A stretch of 64,000 nucleotides of DNA from assembly GCA_964106645.2 (NCBI GenBank), contig OZ067043.1. The stretch is one strand, 5' to 3'. Source of the DNA: Podarcis pityusensis. Lineage: Eukaryota. Below are positions 24,596-38,900 of this stretch, in pieces. The notes beneath the pieces were generated by a model. It saw only the letters and a program-made list of their open reading frames with translations, had not been told where the DNA came from and searched no databases. Numbering within the stretch: position 1 is the stretch's first letter; each line of letters opens with the position of its first letter. Position numbers and translations under genes: made by a program.

Positions 24596-26144
24596 GGGAA
24601 CTGGATTCTGTGCTGCCCAGTAATGAACTATGTCCTCTCATAAATGTGAGGGAAGACTAAACAAGCTTGCTGAGCTTTCCTTAGCCATGATCCCCCTCAT
24701 CGTAGCATGGGGGTTAAAGCAGCCTGACCTGCTCTTTTACACCTTGGCTCATGAGTATACTTGTTTTGTATTAATATATGTACACTGAAGTCTGGTCTTA
24801 CTACTCCATGACAGCTGCTAGATCTTATTTGGCCAGTTGCTGTGTAGCAGCTCAGAGATGGCCTTGAGTGTTAATCTTGACCTTGGTCTACAGATCATTG
24901 TGGTTAGTATAATAAGTGATGTTGGATATCATTCCTGAGTCACAGAGTAGTCAAATTATTTTGTAATAACCGTTTTTTTAAAAAAAATATGAAAAATATC
25001 AGTTGCAAAGCTGTAATAATCTCATATTACTTGCCAAGTGCCTTTTGCCTTCTACCTGTAACATGCTCACCAGGGGTTACCTTTAATACATTTTGAGGAG
25101 CTATAGAAGCCATGAAGGCTTTAACTGAAATAAACTAGGCAAAGTTAACTTATAACATGCTTAGGAATGTTACTGTTAAGCAATGCTTGGTGATGCAGTA
25201 TATCTTCTTGGAAGAAATGCCCCCCATCTACCACTAACACAATACTGAACTGTTATAGTGGTAGGCACTGAAGAATGCAAAGATGAAGTTACTATGTTAT
25301 GGCATAGAAGCATAAATGCTACAGCAGTCTGTGTCAAAACCTAAACCCTCCATGTAGCATTAGTACTTCTTTTATTAAGGAGATATTAGCATGGATATAC
25401 TTGGACTCATAACAGCTCATAGCAGTATTTGCCATAAACTGGTGGAACTGGGGAAAGAAACATAACATAACTAGCACCTTAAGTAATTATTACTTCAAAC
25501 ATAGACTCAATGCACTTCTCAAAATCTGAATTTTAACTGAACCATGTTAACTTGGGAAGGAGTTTTTAGCTCCTAAATTGGCAACATGCATATATAGTTT
25601 AACAAATTATTACAATTTAGCATCTTTGCTTTATTTTATTTGAAGAGGCCTCCTGTAGAGAATGTAAGTAACAGGCAGGTCCTAGAAGACTAGTGTGCCA
25701 TCTTTGTAAACTCAGACTCTTGGCATGTCGTACACCCATTATGTGCTGCACTGAGAGCAACAATTTCGTTCACTTTTATGTCCTTTAAAAATAAAGTGCA
25801 TTCTTTATTATTCAGTGTGTCAAACTCTTGCCATAGGTACAATACTGTCAATGCAGATGTTTGAATTAAAAGACTTACTGAAGGTATGATAGCAGAACAT
25901 CTTACTGCCATTCTAATAACAATTTTTGGTAAAAAAAAATGACTTTTAGGTTCATCTCTTGAACTATGATAGTCTATGGAAAATGTTTCCAGGATGTTGT
26001 TCTACTGCTAGAAAACAGAATGATTCTGGAAGTATCAGGAGCTGCAGTGCAGAAAATCCATGAGCTGATTCTCCATGGAAGAAGTTTCCCACTTAGTGGT
26101 GTAGATTCAATAAAAGTACAAGGAGCAATAAAAGTATGTCAAGT

Positions 26145-29100
26145 TCAGGCAGCCTCTTCATTTTCTTTATTAGCTTGAATAGAGGAGTGCAGCAAAGCCT
26201 AAAGAACAAAAGTAACAAGTTATACACAGCTACTCACACTTTGTATGATCCCCCAGGGGTGGAGGAAGAAGGGGTGTGTGGTGGGGGTGGGCCGCCCCAG
26301 GTGTCGCCACTGAGGGGGGGTGACAAAAAGCAGGGCGGCACTCACCGCGGGGCCCGCATCGCGCCTGAGCCATGCGTCTCTCCTGGGAGTAACACGATGG
26401 CTTGGGTGCCAGCAGGCTCCACACTGCCCCAAACGATCCACCCGACGCCTCTCCCTCAGCTGTAGGGCGGCTGAGTGGGAGGAGGCAGGCAGACTCCTCG
26501 GAGGCCCCACAGAGCGTCCTGCCCCGGCTTGGGTGGCCCCGCCCCTGGGCACAGGGCATGTGTGCCTCCCCAGGTGCCCAATCAGCTTGCTCCGCCACTG
26601 TGATCCGGGGGGGGGGGACATTTCTGCCATATGGAAGGAAGGGGCAAGGATTCACTATGATCTTCCACTACTTTTTTCTTTAATAAAGTATGGGCTTGTA
26701 ACAGTATATTCTTCTTCGGAGAGGGAAATGTAGGGAAGATACATTTTGCAATTAGGGCTGCAGACAGATTAGGGCTGCTGACTCAAGAGCATTGTGTCTA
26801 TTTCAGGGTTACAGAGGAATGGTGGCCAGATATCCCTAATTCACAATGCCCTTAGTCACCTGTGGCCCTTGTTCCAGGCTCCTATATTGCCCTTTCTCCC
26901 ACCCTCCTCCCTTTGCAGTTTATACAACACAAAATCAGAATATCTACGTTGCAGATGGTTATGGTAGCCTAGTGGCAGATTATCACTTTACCTGGGTTAG
27001 AAATTTGTCTCTCTTCAAGTGTCTGTAGAACTGCAACACGTATGGATTGGCTCTCACTACCTTGGAATCAAAATCCAGAACACGAAGACCTGCAAGGCTA
27101 CGTGCTCGAGAAAGTGCTACATAAGCCTGGCCAAATTCAAAAACACGAGCCAAGGAAATCTCAACGCAGTCCAGAGACATACCCTAGTAAAAGAGAAAAA
27201 GTCAGGAAGCAGATACTCCCTAGTCTGATAAGTATGTGCACCCCCAGTACAGTAAAGTACCTATATATTTTATGTATGATGTTTGATTCCACAAAATGGG
27301 TACCAGGCAAATAGGAAGAATTAACACTGCTGAACAACATTTCCACAGTTCCCTCACCCTTTATAATTTTGTTTGCAGGGTGGTGTGATTTTCGATTTTC
27401 GAGATTTTCGATTTTCTAGAACAGCCACATGTTGCAAGGAAAACAGCTTGAATTTGATTGGTGTACAGGATTGGTCTGCCTAGATTCCACTGACTTATAA
27501 TTAATTGGGGCAAACGAAGACAAATAAGCAGATTCTTACAGATTCTGCATAGATGTGGGGTCCAACTGGTAACATCCAACATTTGGTGGGAGCTTTAGTA
27601 CAGATAAACCTAGATAAACACAAGTTCCTTAAAGACGTCCCATTATGGACCATTTTTACTGTCTTGAGTTCTTGTACAGAATATCACACAATGTATCACT
27701 AACCTGGCTCTTGTGGATGGAAATGGCCCAGGCAAGTTTCAGCGGCAGCTGCTGGCGACTCAGATAAATTCCTGCTGGTCCCTTAAAAACCCATCGTTCC
27801 AACCCAACAACATTAGTGACACCACACAGAAATCTCACTTTCGGTAGCCCTGTAGAAAGAGAGCCAAGTCAGAACTTTGATCTCCTATGCCCAGGAGTCA
27901 GGGGCAGGTAACCTCCCAAATATCTATTGTCTTTAAGGAGATACTGCAAGGCAGCCTAGAACTCATCCACTTGAGTTCTTGCAAATGGGACGCCAATAGA
28001 ATAGCAGCTCATGTACAAAAAACTGGATGGCAAAGAACAGCAACTATGTCTCAAAAAATCCTCCACCTCTGGCACAGTGCAGAGGCACCCACCAAAGTTT
28101 CATTGTGAATCTAGAAGAGTTCAGACACAGTCCGAAGAACACCCAGTCATGGGTGATAAGTGCATCTGTCAGAAACTAACCTTTTCCTTCTGTTTCAAAT
28201 CCAATCACAACTCCACGAGCCCCATTCACAAGACCTTGGGACACATCAAGATTCTTAGTAAGCATCACCTAGTGAAAGAATGTAAAAATTACTAATGAAG
28301 AAAAACACCCTAGCTTTCACCTGTCCAGTCAGTCGACTTTATTGTACATAGTCAGCATTAACAGTAGAGTCTCAAGAACTGCCACTGAAAACAAGCAAGA
28401 ATGTCCCCACCCTGTTCCTCGGGTAGGGAAAGCCTCATACTTGTTTGGATGTTATTCATTGTATACACTTACCCTGCTTTTCAAGAAGGCAGCACACAAG
28501 GTAGATAACCAAACAAACAGTCAAATATTAAATACATACATATGAGGCCAGAAAAAACCCAGTAATCCATCTAATAAAGTGAATAATGTGTTGAAAATGG
28601 TAACTGGTCTCAGTTAAACTTTAATATTACAATACAATCACAGTTAAACAGCATCACAGATTTGCCACCCATATTTAATAGCTGGGTGCAGCTCTTAAAA
28701 GTCAAGGGCTCTGTGGCATTTGGCATGGCCTGACTTCCCAGTTTTAAGGTTTAAAAGTTATCGAAAGCAGTGCACAACCAGCTCAAATAAAGCAAATGGT
28801 AGCCACTAGGGTCCATAAGAGTATCATTTCACTCAGCTGATACTCTAGGTTCTGTCATGTAAAGATCTGTCCAACCTAGCCATGGCAGTGCAGGTAACAA
28901 TTCCTGAGAAGCTATAATCAGTGCTAGCCAGTCACGCATTTGTAAGAGAGAAATCAGTATTAATAGAATGCAAGGAGTAATTGAATTGCTCAGCAGGTGA
29001 AATACTGAGCACATATAAATAGTTTGCAGATGTGTCCAAGCCTATAGCTCTGACATTCCAAGCTACAGTCAACAATTACCTGTAAGTGCCACCATGACTC

Positions 29101-32100
29101 CCTCAAACTATATAATAGATATTTGTTATAGAAACCATTCATTTTACAATTACTCTGCTTGCCTGCTCCTGTAAGATCCAGCCAGCATTTGCCTGTAACA
29201 CTTTATGCTGTCATATTCTGCATCAAGAGGACTCCAGTATCCTAGGGTTGGGGACCCCTTTTGTGAGACCCCATGGGAAAGGTGAAGAATACAGGACTGT
29301 GGCGCTAGTGTGAGAAGCAGATAACATAAAAACCTTTCCCCCCCACAAAAAAAGCAAAATTCCATTGCCTACTAAAGAACCGCCTCTCGCTTGGGCAATG
29401 CTCACCTGGGCACCTTGCTTAAGTTCAATGTTGCTGCTTACTGGACACTGTGCATCAAGAGTTTTCACCAGTACAGGGTCACTATCCACTGCCTTGAAGG
29501 ACCTTCGTTCTCCTAGAAGACAGACAAGATGTAAAAAACTTGCATCCCTCCTGCCTGATGTGTTTTGAAAGGGTTACTCCCCAATAGCTGAGCTGCATGT
29601 AGGGGGCTCTGTTTCATCCTTCCACAGCCCCAGGTGTTGTGAGCTCCAAGTATTAGGCTCTGCACACTATTCTGAAAGCATAATTCTGTAAAATTCCAGA
29701 ATTCCATACAATACATATCATAATATGTTTCCCACTTCTGCAGATATCAGCAACAGAAGAAAATATTATAAAATAAATAAATGTGTCCTTGTATTCACCT
29801 ATCAAAAAGCAGTGGCAAGAATATCAGGACTGGAAAACTTAACTATTAGTGTCAGTAGGATGTATTGCCTAATTTTATAATGGTCTCATGTTGTTTTATT
29901 CAGAAAGAAGAGGGGCAGGGCAAGTTCCCAAGGGTTGGTTCCCAGCTCTTAGCTGAAAGTCTGTCTCTAAAAGGAAAGGGCTACTTGTCACAGTTGGAGT
30001 CATTGCAGCATTCTCACCAGGCAACTCATCCAGCCTTCTAGCATTTGTGAGCTCCACATCATCCTTGTGCGTGCACAACCGGGTAGCCAAGATTCCATCT
30101 TTCTCCACCCGATGGGTAGCTGTTAGAGTTAGCTGTCTGGTAACCTCCTCTGTGCATCTGAATGGGGACAATTAAAATTAAGAAGACATTTGTATCTGAT
30201 GAGAAACATTGAAGACCAAGAAGAACTATCAAGCTTGCTACTGCACCCATTCAAATTACTTTCCATGAGAACATGAGGCCGTAACCAGCACCAAAACATG
30301 GAGATCAACTCTGCATCGCTAGTATATGAGTGAGGATGCTTGCAGGTGAAGGAATACCCCAGCAAGCACAGTACCTCTAAATTCCCCATTCCTCCAAACC
30401 CAGTGTCTCCCAGCATTTCTCCATGGTTCCTCAAAGAGTACTTGACCCAAATTTCAAACAGTGCAATGAGTTTAAAGGAAGTATTGGAGCAGGCCAGCCA
30501 ACTTGACAGAAGCAGCTATATCATAATTCAAATGTTTGGTGATGTCTCTCTAGACATAGGACTTCCACCCCAAGAGATTAGAATCTCCCCAGCCAGATAT
30601 TCTGCTGGGGGACGATGGCATCTCACCTGCCCAGGCGGACAGTATGCAGAAGAGAAATGAAGTCCCTGTCAGTCTGCCTCCGCACCTCTGTCAGCTCCAT
30701 GTTCAGGTGGATACACTTGCGCCAGCTCTTTGCCTGTGAAGGAAACCCTTTGATCAAACTATAGCTCGTCCTGTGACAAGAGCATGCAGTGACAAAGAGC
30801 AACAGCAGCACACCTGGAAACAGAACCTGGGCTGCTCGGAGGATTTGCTGACAGGAGGCAGCTGCAAGAAGTCTCCACATACGATGAGTTGGATTCCTCC
30901 AAATGGATCCTCACATTTCCTGACCGCTCTACCAAAAGAGAATGGAGACACCTTCAGGGAGCTGATTTTATTCTGGTCCAAGAGAAAAGAAATGCAATAC
31001 CCTAGACCAAGGATGGGAAGCCTGTGGCCCTCCAGATGTTGTTCTACTGCAGTTCCCATGATGCCTGGCTGTTGGTCATGCTGCTTGGGACTGATGGAAA
31101 TTGTAATCCAATTGCATCTGGAAGATTCCCTGTTCCTGTTTCCCTTGCAACACTTACACATGCTTTGCATACGCTAAGACAGAGTAATAAATATAATTCA
31201 GTTCTGCTTCTCTCTGTGGCTGCAAACCCCCCTTCTAGGACCACATTATACTTAAGGAGTCATTTTAAAACTATTGTGCATGGACAGGAGCATGGGAAAC
31301 AGACAGGACTGAAGCACAGAGATGGCAATGCTGACTGGTGGCTCTGGGTGGACACTGGCCACAGCGTTACCAAAACTAGATGTGGGACTGAAGAGAATAC
31401 ACGGGCAAAGCTGTAAGTGTGAGACTGTTTGCTGCAGAATTGCATCAAGTGCCTGCTTAGGCAAAACTTTAGAACAACTATGCAATGTTTTGTCTTCTGC
31501 CCTATTAATACCCTCCCCAAAGGCATGTACACACAGGATTAATGCAAGTGCAGCAATATCCCCTAAAAGGGAGACTCCACCCACCTAGCTACTGCCTCCA
31601 GTTTATCAAAGAAATCCCCCTCCACCATAGAGATTTCATCTATGATCAGATGGCGGCTGTTCAGCCATTGCTGCCGAATTCCGGGTCTCTGAGCCAGCTC
31701 AATGCACTGATGTAGGGAGGCCTTTCCTGACCCGATACCTATCAAAGGAGAGGGGAAAGAGTATGTCAGCAGTAACCCATCACTAGGCTCTTTTCCGCTT
31801 CCCTCCTTCCCCAGGATCCCAGTTACCTGCAAAGGCATGGAGAGTAGTGCCACCAATCTGACATGCTGCCACCCCTGTGCTGGCTGTGGCGTAAGTGCTG
31901 TTTGGAGGCAGCGAGGCTATGATCTTTTTCAGCAGGTAGGATTTCCCAGTTCCTACAGAGAGAGCCCTTGTATTTAGAGGCACACAATCTAAATTTCAGT
32001 TTTACAATTACTTCAGCACCATTCATACTTCCCTTCAAAGCGGAACCATTTAAATGGCAAGAGGCAGATGCAAAACTTGATCAGTTTTAGAAGTGACACC

Positions 32101-33753
32101 TAGATTGTAAATCAAAGTCGACTCAATGGTATCTGCCTCTCATAAATCTCCACCTGCCCCATGCCACTACCCCAAAAAGGAGAGACATCAGAATCACCAA
32201 CTTTACATACCTTAAATCCCAGGTTTGTTCAGTGGAAGGAATGCAAGATTCCCACTATAGTAGATGAAGCCACTACAACCTCCAACCTGCAAACACATAG
32301 ACCCTCCTTGACCCTCTTCTCTCACCAGCACTGCCTGTGAAGAAAACATTCTTCCCACTCAGAACTGCATTCAACACCATTGACTGTTCCTGGGAGAGTT
32401 TTGCTCGGGAGCACATGGACCAAGTCTTCTTCACCTGCTGCTTTTCAGCCCCCTGAAAAGAGCACAGAAACCTGCCTTACGCTGAGTCAGACCAGTGGCT
32501 CATCTTGTTCAGTACTGTATCCACTGACTGGGAGCAGCTTCAGACAGGGGTGTTTTTAGCCCCACCTGGAGATTATGTGGGTTGAGCCTATGACATTCTG
32601 CCTGCATAACAGAATCCCCAAAAGGCAAACTCCTCTGAATCCAAAGTGCTCATGAGAATTTTCCATCCCATCTCTCTTGATTACAGCAGCCAGAAAGGAG
32701 AATGCCTCTCTTATCCAGAGGGATAGTTCTTTGAATTTCAATTGGACCAAAGAAGCCTTACGTTCAAATAAAATAATAATTTGACCTTGCCCATACCACT
32801 ATGGAAGTTCTGCTCAGGTATCCGCCAGTAAGACCAGCATGCATTGGAGAAAGGGCCTACTCTGTGGTGGCCTCAGTTATGGAACTTGCTAAGTGAGTTT
32901 CTGAAGTGCTTAAGGAGGGCATGAATCTGTCACTTTGCATAACCACAACTTCAGCATATGGGATTAGCAGGTGAGTATGTCCACTTTTCAGAAACTAGCC
33001 ACCACTCTTATGCCAAGGATGGGGAACCTCCGGGTATCCTTGGACTCCAACTCCCAACAGTCCCAGCCAGCACTGCCAGACCATGGGTGATGGGGGTTTG
33101 AGTCCAACAATACCTGGACGGCCAGAGATCCTTTTGTTATGGGCAGCTCCCAGCTAGATCATGCTTCCCGGCAGAAGCCGGCTCACCTGTTTCCCATCGA
33201 TGGACTCACTTCGGATCCGCTTCCGAGACGCGCAGCGTAAGGGCTGACCTTTCCGCGGAGTGCTTGTCACGTCAGTCAGAGCCTGCCGGGCGCTCGCCTG
33301 CTGCAAGTCGCGAGTCTGCACCGGGCTCACCGTGTCGAACGTCCGCGGTAGGCCAGCGAGAAGCCGCGTTCGCTCGGCCACAGGCTTGGTCACCCTCTGG
33401 GCGGCTGCGTGCTTGATGCGCAGCGTGTGGACGAAGCGGCGCAGCCGATCCGGAGGACAATTAGAGAGCAGCAGCTGCACGTGATTGTGGTTTGCACCGA
33501 GCTGCACCGAGCTCTTCCCCTCCTTCACGAAGCGTGTGAACAGCCGCACTTCACCCCGCCGCAGGGGGAAGTTCTGGGGGCGCCCCGGACCGCCGGCGCT
33601 GGCCACTTGCAGAACCAGCTCCTGGAACTCGTCCCGGCCCAGCGTGACCCAAGCATCGCGGAGAAGCGCACGATTCGGGGCTGCTGCAGCACCCAGGTGC
33701 TCGATCGCTACGGTGCAGCGAACCCGACCGTCCGCTTCGGAGCCTGGTTGCAT
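26145..33753 (-). CDS. PIF1: ATP-dependent 5'-3' DNA helicase PIF1, 12 coding exons, 640 aa
   Basis: Exons 33187-33753, 32326-32452, 31827-31952, 31585-31738, 30814-30928, 30627-30733, 30018-30157, 29406-29512, 28181-28268, 27704-27849, 26992-27183, 26145-26198. Walker [52 protein letters not shown]. Confidence 0.97.
26253..26600. mobile_element. GC-rich hAT-type MITE in last PIF1 intron
   Basis: CAGGGGTGGAGG...CTCCGCCACTG termini flanked by tgatcccc/tgatccgg. Confidence 0.65.
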
Positions 33754-33859
33754 CCCGTCCGACTGAAAACGAGGAGGCAACGCAGAAGTCGAGACCTGCA
33801 AAAATGTCTGTACTGAAAAAACGCCGACTTCTTACTGACTTTCCCTTTCGCGTTGATTT

Positions 33860-34166
33860 CGGCAGCCACTTATTTCTCCCATGTGCCTAAATAACTCTTC
33901 CAGCCGTGCCTTCGCTTCTGCCGCAAGCGGATTCAAACCTTTAACGGGGGTCGCAGCAGCCAATCAGCGCTGCGGGAGATTTAACTCCTCGGCCAATGAA
34001 ATAAAGAAGGGGCGCGGTCAGAATCCCGGCGCAACTTTCGGCTGCGACGTTCCGCTCGGTTGCTAGGATACGAAAAGGTGGGGAAACGCCGCCCGCAACA
34101 TACACGAAGGGCATTTCGGGGCGCTCCGGGCACGTTCTAAATAGCCTGCCACCCAGATAGCGGCAG
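33860..34166. promoter_or_regulatory. CpG-island bidirectional promoter, PIF1 / CFAP144
   Basis: CHR TTTGAA on the minus strand (33932-33937); CCAAT boxes at 33960 and 33993; RFX X-box GTTGCTAGGATAC (34059-34071). Confidence 0.78.
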
Positions 34167-37100
34167 ATGGCAGGAACCGTGCGGGTCCCAAAGGAACCAT
34201 TGGACCCAGTAAGCCAGAACAAGATCTTCTGCGAGACGGTCCGGAAGGAGCTACGATGCCAGCGCCTGCAGACGGAATACGCGATGAACCCCCTGATGAC
34301 GGGTACGGGGGTACCGGGGGGAGGGGAGAGACGTCTCCCCTTCTCATGGGCAGACGGAGCTTCCCAGTTAGGTCTATGGGAGTCCCCTGGCTCTTGACTC
34401 CAGCAGGCTCTAGTTTCCCCCCTTTCCAGGAATGAACCGTGTTTGGGTGCTGGTTGTCATAAGTTTCTAGAAGGTCAAGTCACTTGCTGCAAACTAAAAT
34501 ACTGTAAAAAAACCCCAACCACCACCAGAGAGGTTTGTGGCACTTTAAACTTAGAGTGTGATCCACAGGTTTCTGATCCACACATACATCTGTGTAAAGG
34601 ATGGAAAGTGGTAGGTTGGAAACAAGTAGCAAAGGAATGCAAAAGCAGTACTGTACTGGCAGTTGAATTAGAGCTTAAATGTACGCAGACTGACCCTCAC
34701 AGCAGCAGCAATTTGTGTTATCACATAATGTGCACTTTAAATGCCCCAGCAGAAATATGAGCTGCAATATGAGCGGTTAGATCTCCACAGGATCAGGGCG
34801 TTTAGAGGTGCAATAGCTAAAGGGAAGGGGCTGTAGCTCAGTGCCTGCAGGTCTCAGGTTCAATCCCCAGCATCTCTAGGTGAGGCTGGGAGAAAATCCT
34901 GCCTGAAATCCTGGAGAGCTGTTGCCAGCTGGTGTGGACAATGCTGTGTTACATGAACCAATAGTCTGACTCGGTATAAGGCAGCTTCCTATATTCCTAA
35001 ACCACATTCTCAGTGCCAAACTGAATTCAGGAGGGATTCATAGAATAGAGCCATTTGTTGGAAACATCTCTGCAGTTTTCTGTGTGTGTGGATTTGCAGT
35101 CCTAAAACTCAATCAATAAGACTTATGAAGTCGTTTCATAAACACATCAAAAAGCTTGTTACAATATCCATACTAAGGATATGTTCACATTACTGCTTTC
35201 TCCCCATCCAGGGCACCCACTACTTTTTGAAGCTGCATTCACACGATGTTAGCCACAATCCATACTGATCTTGACAAATACTATTGTTTGATGCATTTCC
35301 CATCCCCACCCCCCAAATTAGCTTTAATCTAGCTGGAAAACTGGATGGGGAGTAAACAGCAATGTGAACATCTGAGACAGCTATCTCACATGCCCAGATG
35401 AGCACTTTATACAGATGACAGCTTCATGAATAGGAGTTGGAAGGTGGGGATTGCAGGGGCAAGGAATTGAAAAGATGTCACATGTGGGAAGACAACCCCG
35501 CCCTGTCTCCGATGCGAACACCACTGTGCAAATGCAGCTTGAAACACCAAAGCAGGGGCAATGGCCTTGCTGCATTTTAAGCCACTAACATAAACATACC
35601 CTAACAGGCCTACCCCTCTGGAAACTGACGTATTACACAAATCTCTCTAATAGTTTTGATCCCAGGTGCCAGTCTTTTCCTCTAAAATGATGACCTGGCT
35701 TTGTAGTGTCTCCCATGCCTATCTGAGGGACCCCCAACTGTTGTCCCCCAAATATCCTTGTGGCTTTGAAAACCTGCATTTAAGAAAAAGGCCTAAATTC
35801 CTGCCAAAGACGGGTGGTGTGGGGAAAGAAGAATGATAAATTTCTAAGCTTTGTTAGTTTTCCTCTGCCCTTGCTTAAGGTTATCTAGTGATTAATTTGC
35901 CTTATTTTGCTTTTACCTTTAGTTTACACCATAACTCGAAAGCCTACCTCTTGGCATGATAACTTAGAGGAACCTGCAGATGGTAAGTACATGCTTTTAA
36001 ACAGTTACATTTAAGTTAGTGAAACAGAGAGGAGTCATTTATGAAATGTTTTCCAGCATGAATCAAAGAAGGCAAAGTATGTAGCATCATACTGAAGTCT
36101 AAACGTCAAACTTCACTCTCTTTCTCCCTCTGTAAACCAAAAAGCATTATACTATACAATCTGCAGTGGAATGTGGCAAGAGACAGCTGATAGCTCCAAT
36201 TTTTGTATTTGTTTTTGGGATCGATCTTTTATTGGATCAATTCCTTTCCAAGTATGTTGGAGTGTTGAAACTTTCAAGTTAAGAAAAAAGTCACTGCCAT
36301 TATGTTTATTTCTTAATAATGATATATTTTTGCAAATAAATATTTAAAAGCACAAGCTTCAATATTCAAAGCAACAAACCCCAACTTACCTAGCCACACA
36401 GTGATACTATCAAATTTCACTTCCAACTTAATATTATTTCACTAGATTAGTTCCCATTTCATCTTTTTAATTCTTTACCTTTCTAAGGGTTCTGAGAGAC
36501 CTAAATGGTGCTTGTTATGTTGAAATGCCTTTATCCAGGATATTGGTTTCAGGATGGACACTGGTTTGTGGCCTTTTTGTAACTTGAATTCTTGCCAGCA
36601 AATACTGTTGTAATATAGTTAAGCCTTTTGGGACAACAATGAAATTAGCTTAAGGCCAGTGACAGCTAACCTTTTTGGAAGGGTAAAATGTAGAGCAGCC
36701 AAGAGGACATGTCTTTAGGAATTGAGGTTTTCTGCAACCTCTATTAAATTATACAAAATACTGCAGTCATCCCATTTTACCAGAACAATGCAGGCCTCCT
36801 GTCTGCCTTAGAGAAGATGTGAACTTCACTGAAAATCTTTTCCAAGCCTCATTCTCCTATCATGCATCTGCAGAGTGAGAGCATGGCAGCATAGGCAAGA
36901 CAAAGCCATAACACAAGCTAAGAGTGTGTTCTTCGGAAAGATTTAGTACCTGCTTTCCCAGCCTTCACAAAGCTCATGCCCTCCAGCTGTTTTGAATGAC
37001 AACTCTTCATCAGCTCCAACCAGGACAATTGTACTGGCTGGGGCTGATGGAAGTTGTGGTCCCAAGCATCTAGAGGGCACCAGGTTGCCAAAGGGTGGGC

Positions 37101-38092
37101 TATCCTATCCTATGACTGTCATTAAATACAAAGAAAATTCAATTGCATTTTTACTAGGTTTGCCAGTGTTTTTAGATATTTGACACACACACAGAACGAA
37201 AGATACCAACTTTTTTGCAATGCTGCTCACAGAACAGGCAAAGCAGCTGTCCTTCCTCATTCACAGCAGGAACCAACAGCATGTTCAACTCCTCTAACAT
37301 TTTTGAGGGGGTAGGTGGTGGGTATTATTGGTATATGATTAATTTTGTTGTATCGTTTTGTTGTTGTTTTGATGCAAGCCAGCTTGAGAGAATTGACCAT
37401 GAAAGGCAGTATATGCATTGTGAAATAAATGAAGTATGTAAAAACTTCAGGTGCAAGCTAATAAGTTATGCAAGCAGAACAAACATTGAAATTGAAAGTG
37501 TATAAGCATTTAACAGAGCACTGTAGCATCATCACATCTAAAAATTTCAGTGCAATTTAAGTGCCTTGCACCCAGTCTACACTAAGCAAGTCTCATTGCC
37601 AATGCTTTAACCCTATAGCTAAGTTCCTGAAACTAATTCATCATGCTGCACTTGAACCAAACAAGAAATACACAGAACCACAAACAGAAAGCCAAGAAAT
37701 CGGCTGGTTTTCCACACCTTTGGTAAGTGGGTTTTTAAGGAGCTTCTGGGGAAGTGTGTGTAGTTGTCTGGCATTTTAAGAATCCAGACTTTACAGGAAA
37801 ATAATTTTAAGCTGTTATAGCTATGGAGAAAGCTTTGAAAGTTTATAGGGAGTACCTGGTTAGCTATCAGAATCTAGACATTTCATCAAATGGGGAGATA
37901 GTTTGGGGAAAATATTCAATTCCTAGCTCCTCCCTTATGCCAAATGTTCTTATACTATGGTAATATTCTCCTTCACAGATCAGTGTAAACCGGAATGACA
38001 ACAGGCTATACTTTCCAAGTCGGAGCACTGAAATCACCAGATATATGGCTGCTATGTGGCGCCTGAAAGGGATGACAAAAGATAAGCGATAA
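34167..38092 (+). CDS. CFAP144: Cilia- and flagella-associated protein 144 (FAM183A), 4 exons, 137 aa
   Basis: Exons 34167-34302, 35923-35982, 37619-37722, 37979-38092. Motifs [58 protein letters not shown]; AATAAA near 38266; adjacent to EBNA1BP2 as in human. Confidence 0.93.
34821..34999 (+). mobile_element. Squam3-like tRNA-derived SINE
   Basis: GGGAAGGGGCTGTAGCTCAGTG..CAGGTTCAATCCC..GGTATAAGGCAGCTTCCTATATTCCTA. Confidence 0.75.
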
Positions 38093-38900
38093 AGGAACAC
38101 AGCATTGCAGGACTTTAAGGGAAGGACTGTAGACATAAATTTAGGCTTCCAGACTTCCATGGTCTCCATCTTTTAATTATTGCAAAGCATAAGACAGAGG
38201 CCTGACACAGGGTGCAAGGCAGTGGGTATAGGAAAGTCCTGTGTTATGTGAACATTTAGTATTACAATAAACCTGACCTGAAACTGCCTGCTATTCTTTC
38301 TGCCACCATATTCATTTTGTCATCAGTTTTTATAGTGGGTGGATAGGACAATCTGTTTCTCAACCAGAAGTTGTGGTGTGAGCAGCAACAGTAGTTCATG
38401 TGATTATTTGCTGGTAGACCACCAGCTTCTGCTGTTGAATGGAAGAGGAGGACCCAATGCCCTTAGCAAAGAAAGTCATAAAGTGGCAGAAATACAAAAG
38501 CTGTTGCTTAGTACTCTGCATGCACCACTGCTGGGTGACAAGGGAGGAGAACACAGGCTGATGTTATGTATGGGGTACCAAAAAAATTGAAGGATTTAGT
38601 GAGACCCAATGCAAACCAGAAAGGATCTCTCCCAATCTGACACGGATGATCAAGCTATCAAGACTTTTTAATTCACAATCTTGCACAAGGAGGATCAAGA
38701 AAGACTAAATCAGTATGAAATATAGGCACCTGCTTGTTATTTATGTACGAGAAGTGCGTACACCCTGTGTCAGGCAGTACCACTTGCTGACTCTGAATGG
38801 CAGTCTGAACGGCTATGTTGTCCAGGTCAGCATCACTTCACGCCAACGTTCCGTAGGGAGTCACACTTCACGAAGAAGGAAAGATCACCCATTTTTCTCA

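Noticed and set aside
24596-26144. Overlap of convergent SNAPC2 and PIF1 3' UTRs
   Set aside because: Several AATAAA signals occur on both strands; transcript ends cannot be fixed from sequence alone.
26136-26733. Cluster of 93-141 aa ORFs on both strands
   Set aside because: GC-rich MITE with few stop codons; no protein motifs.
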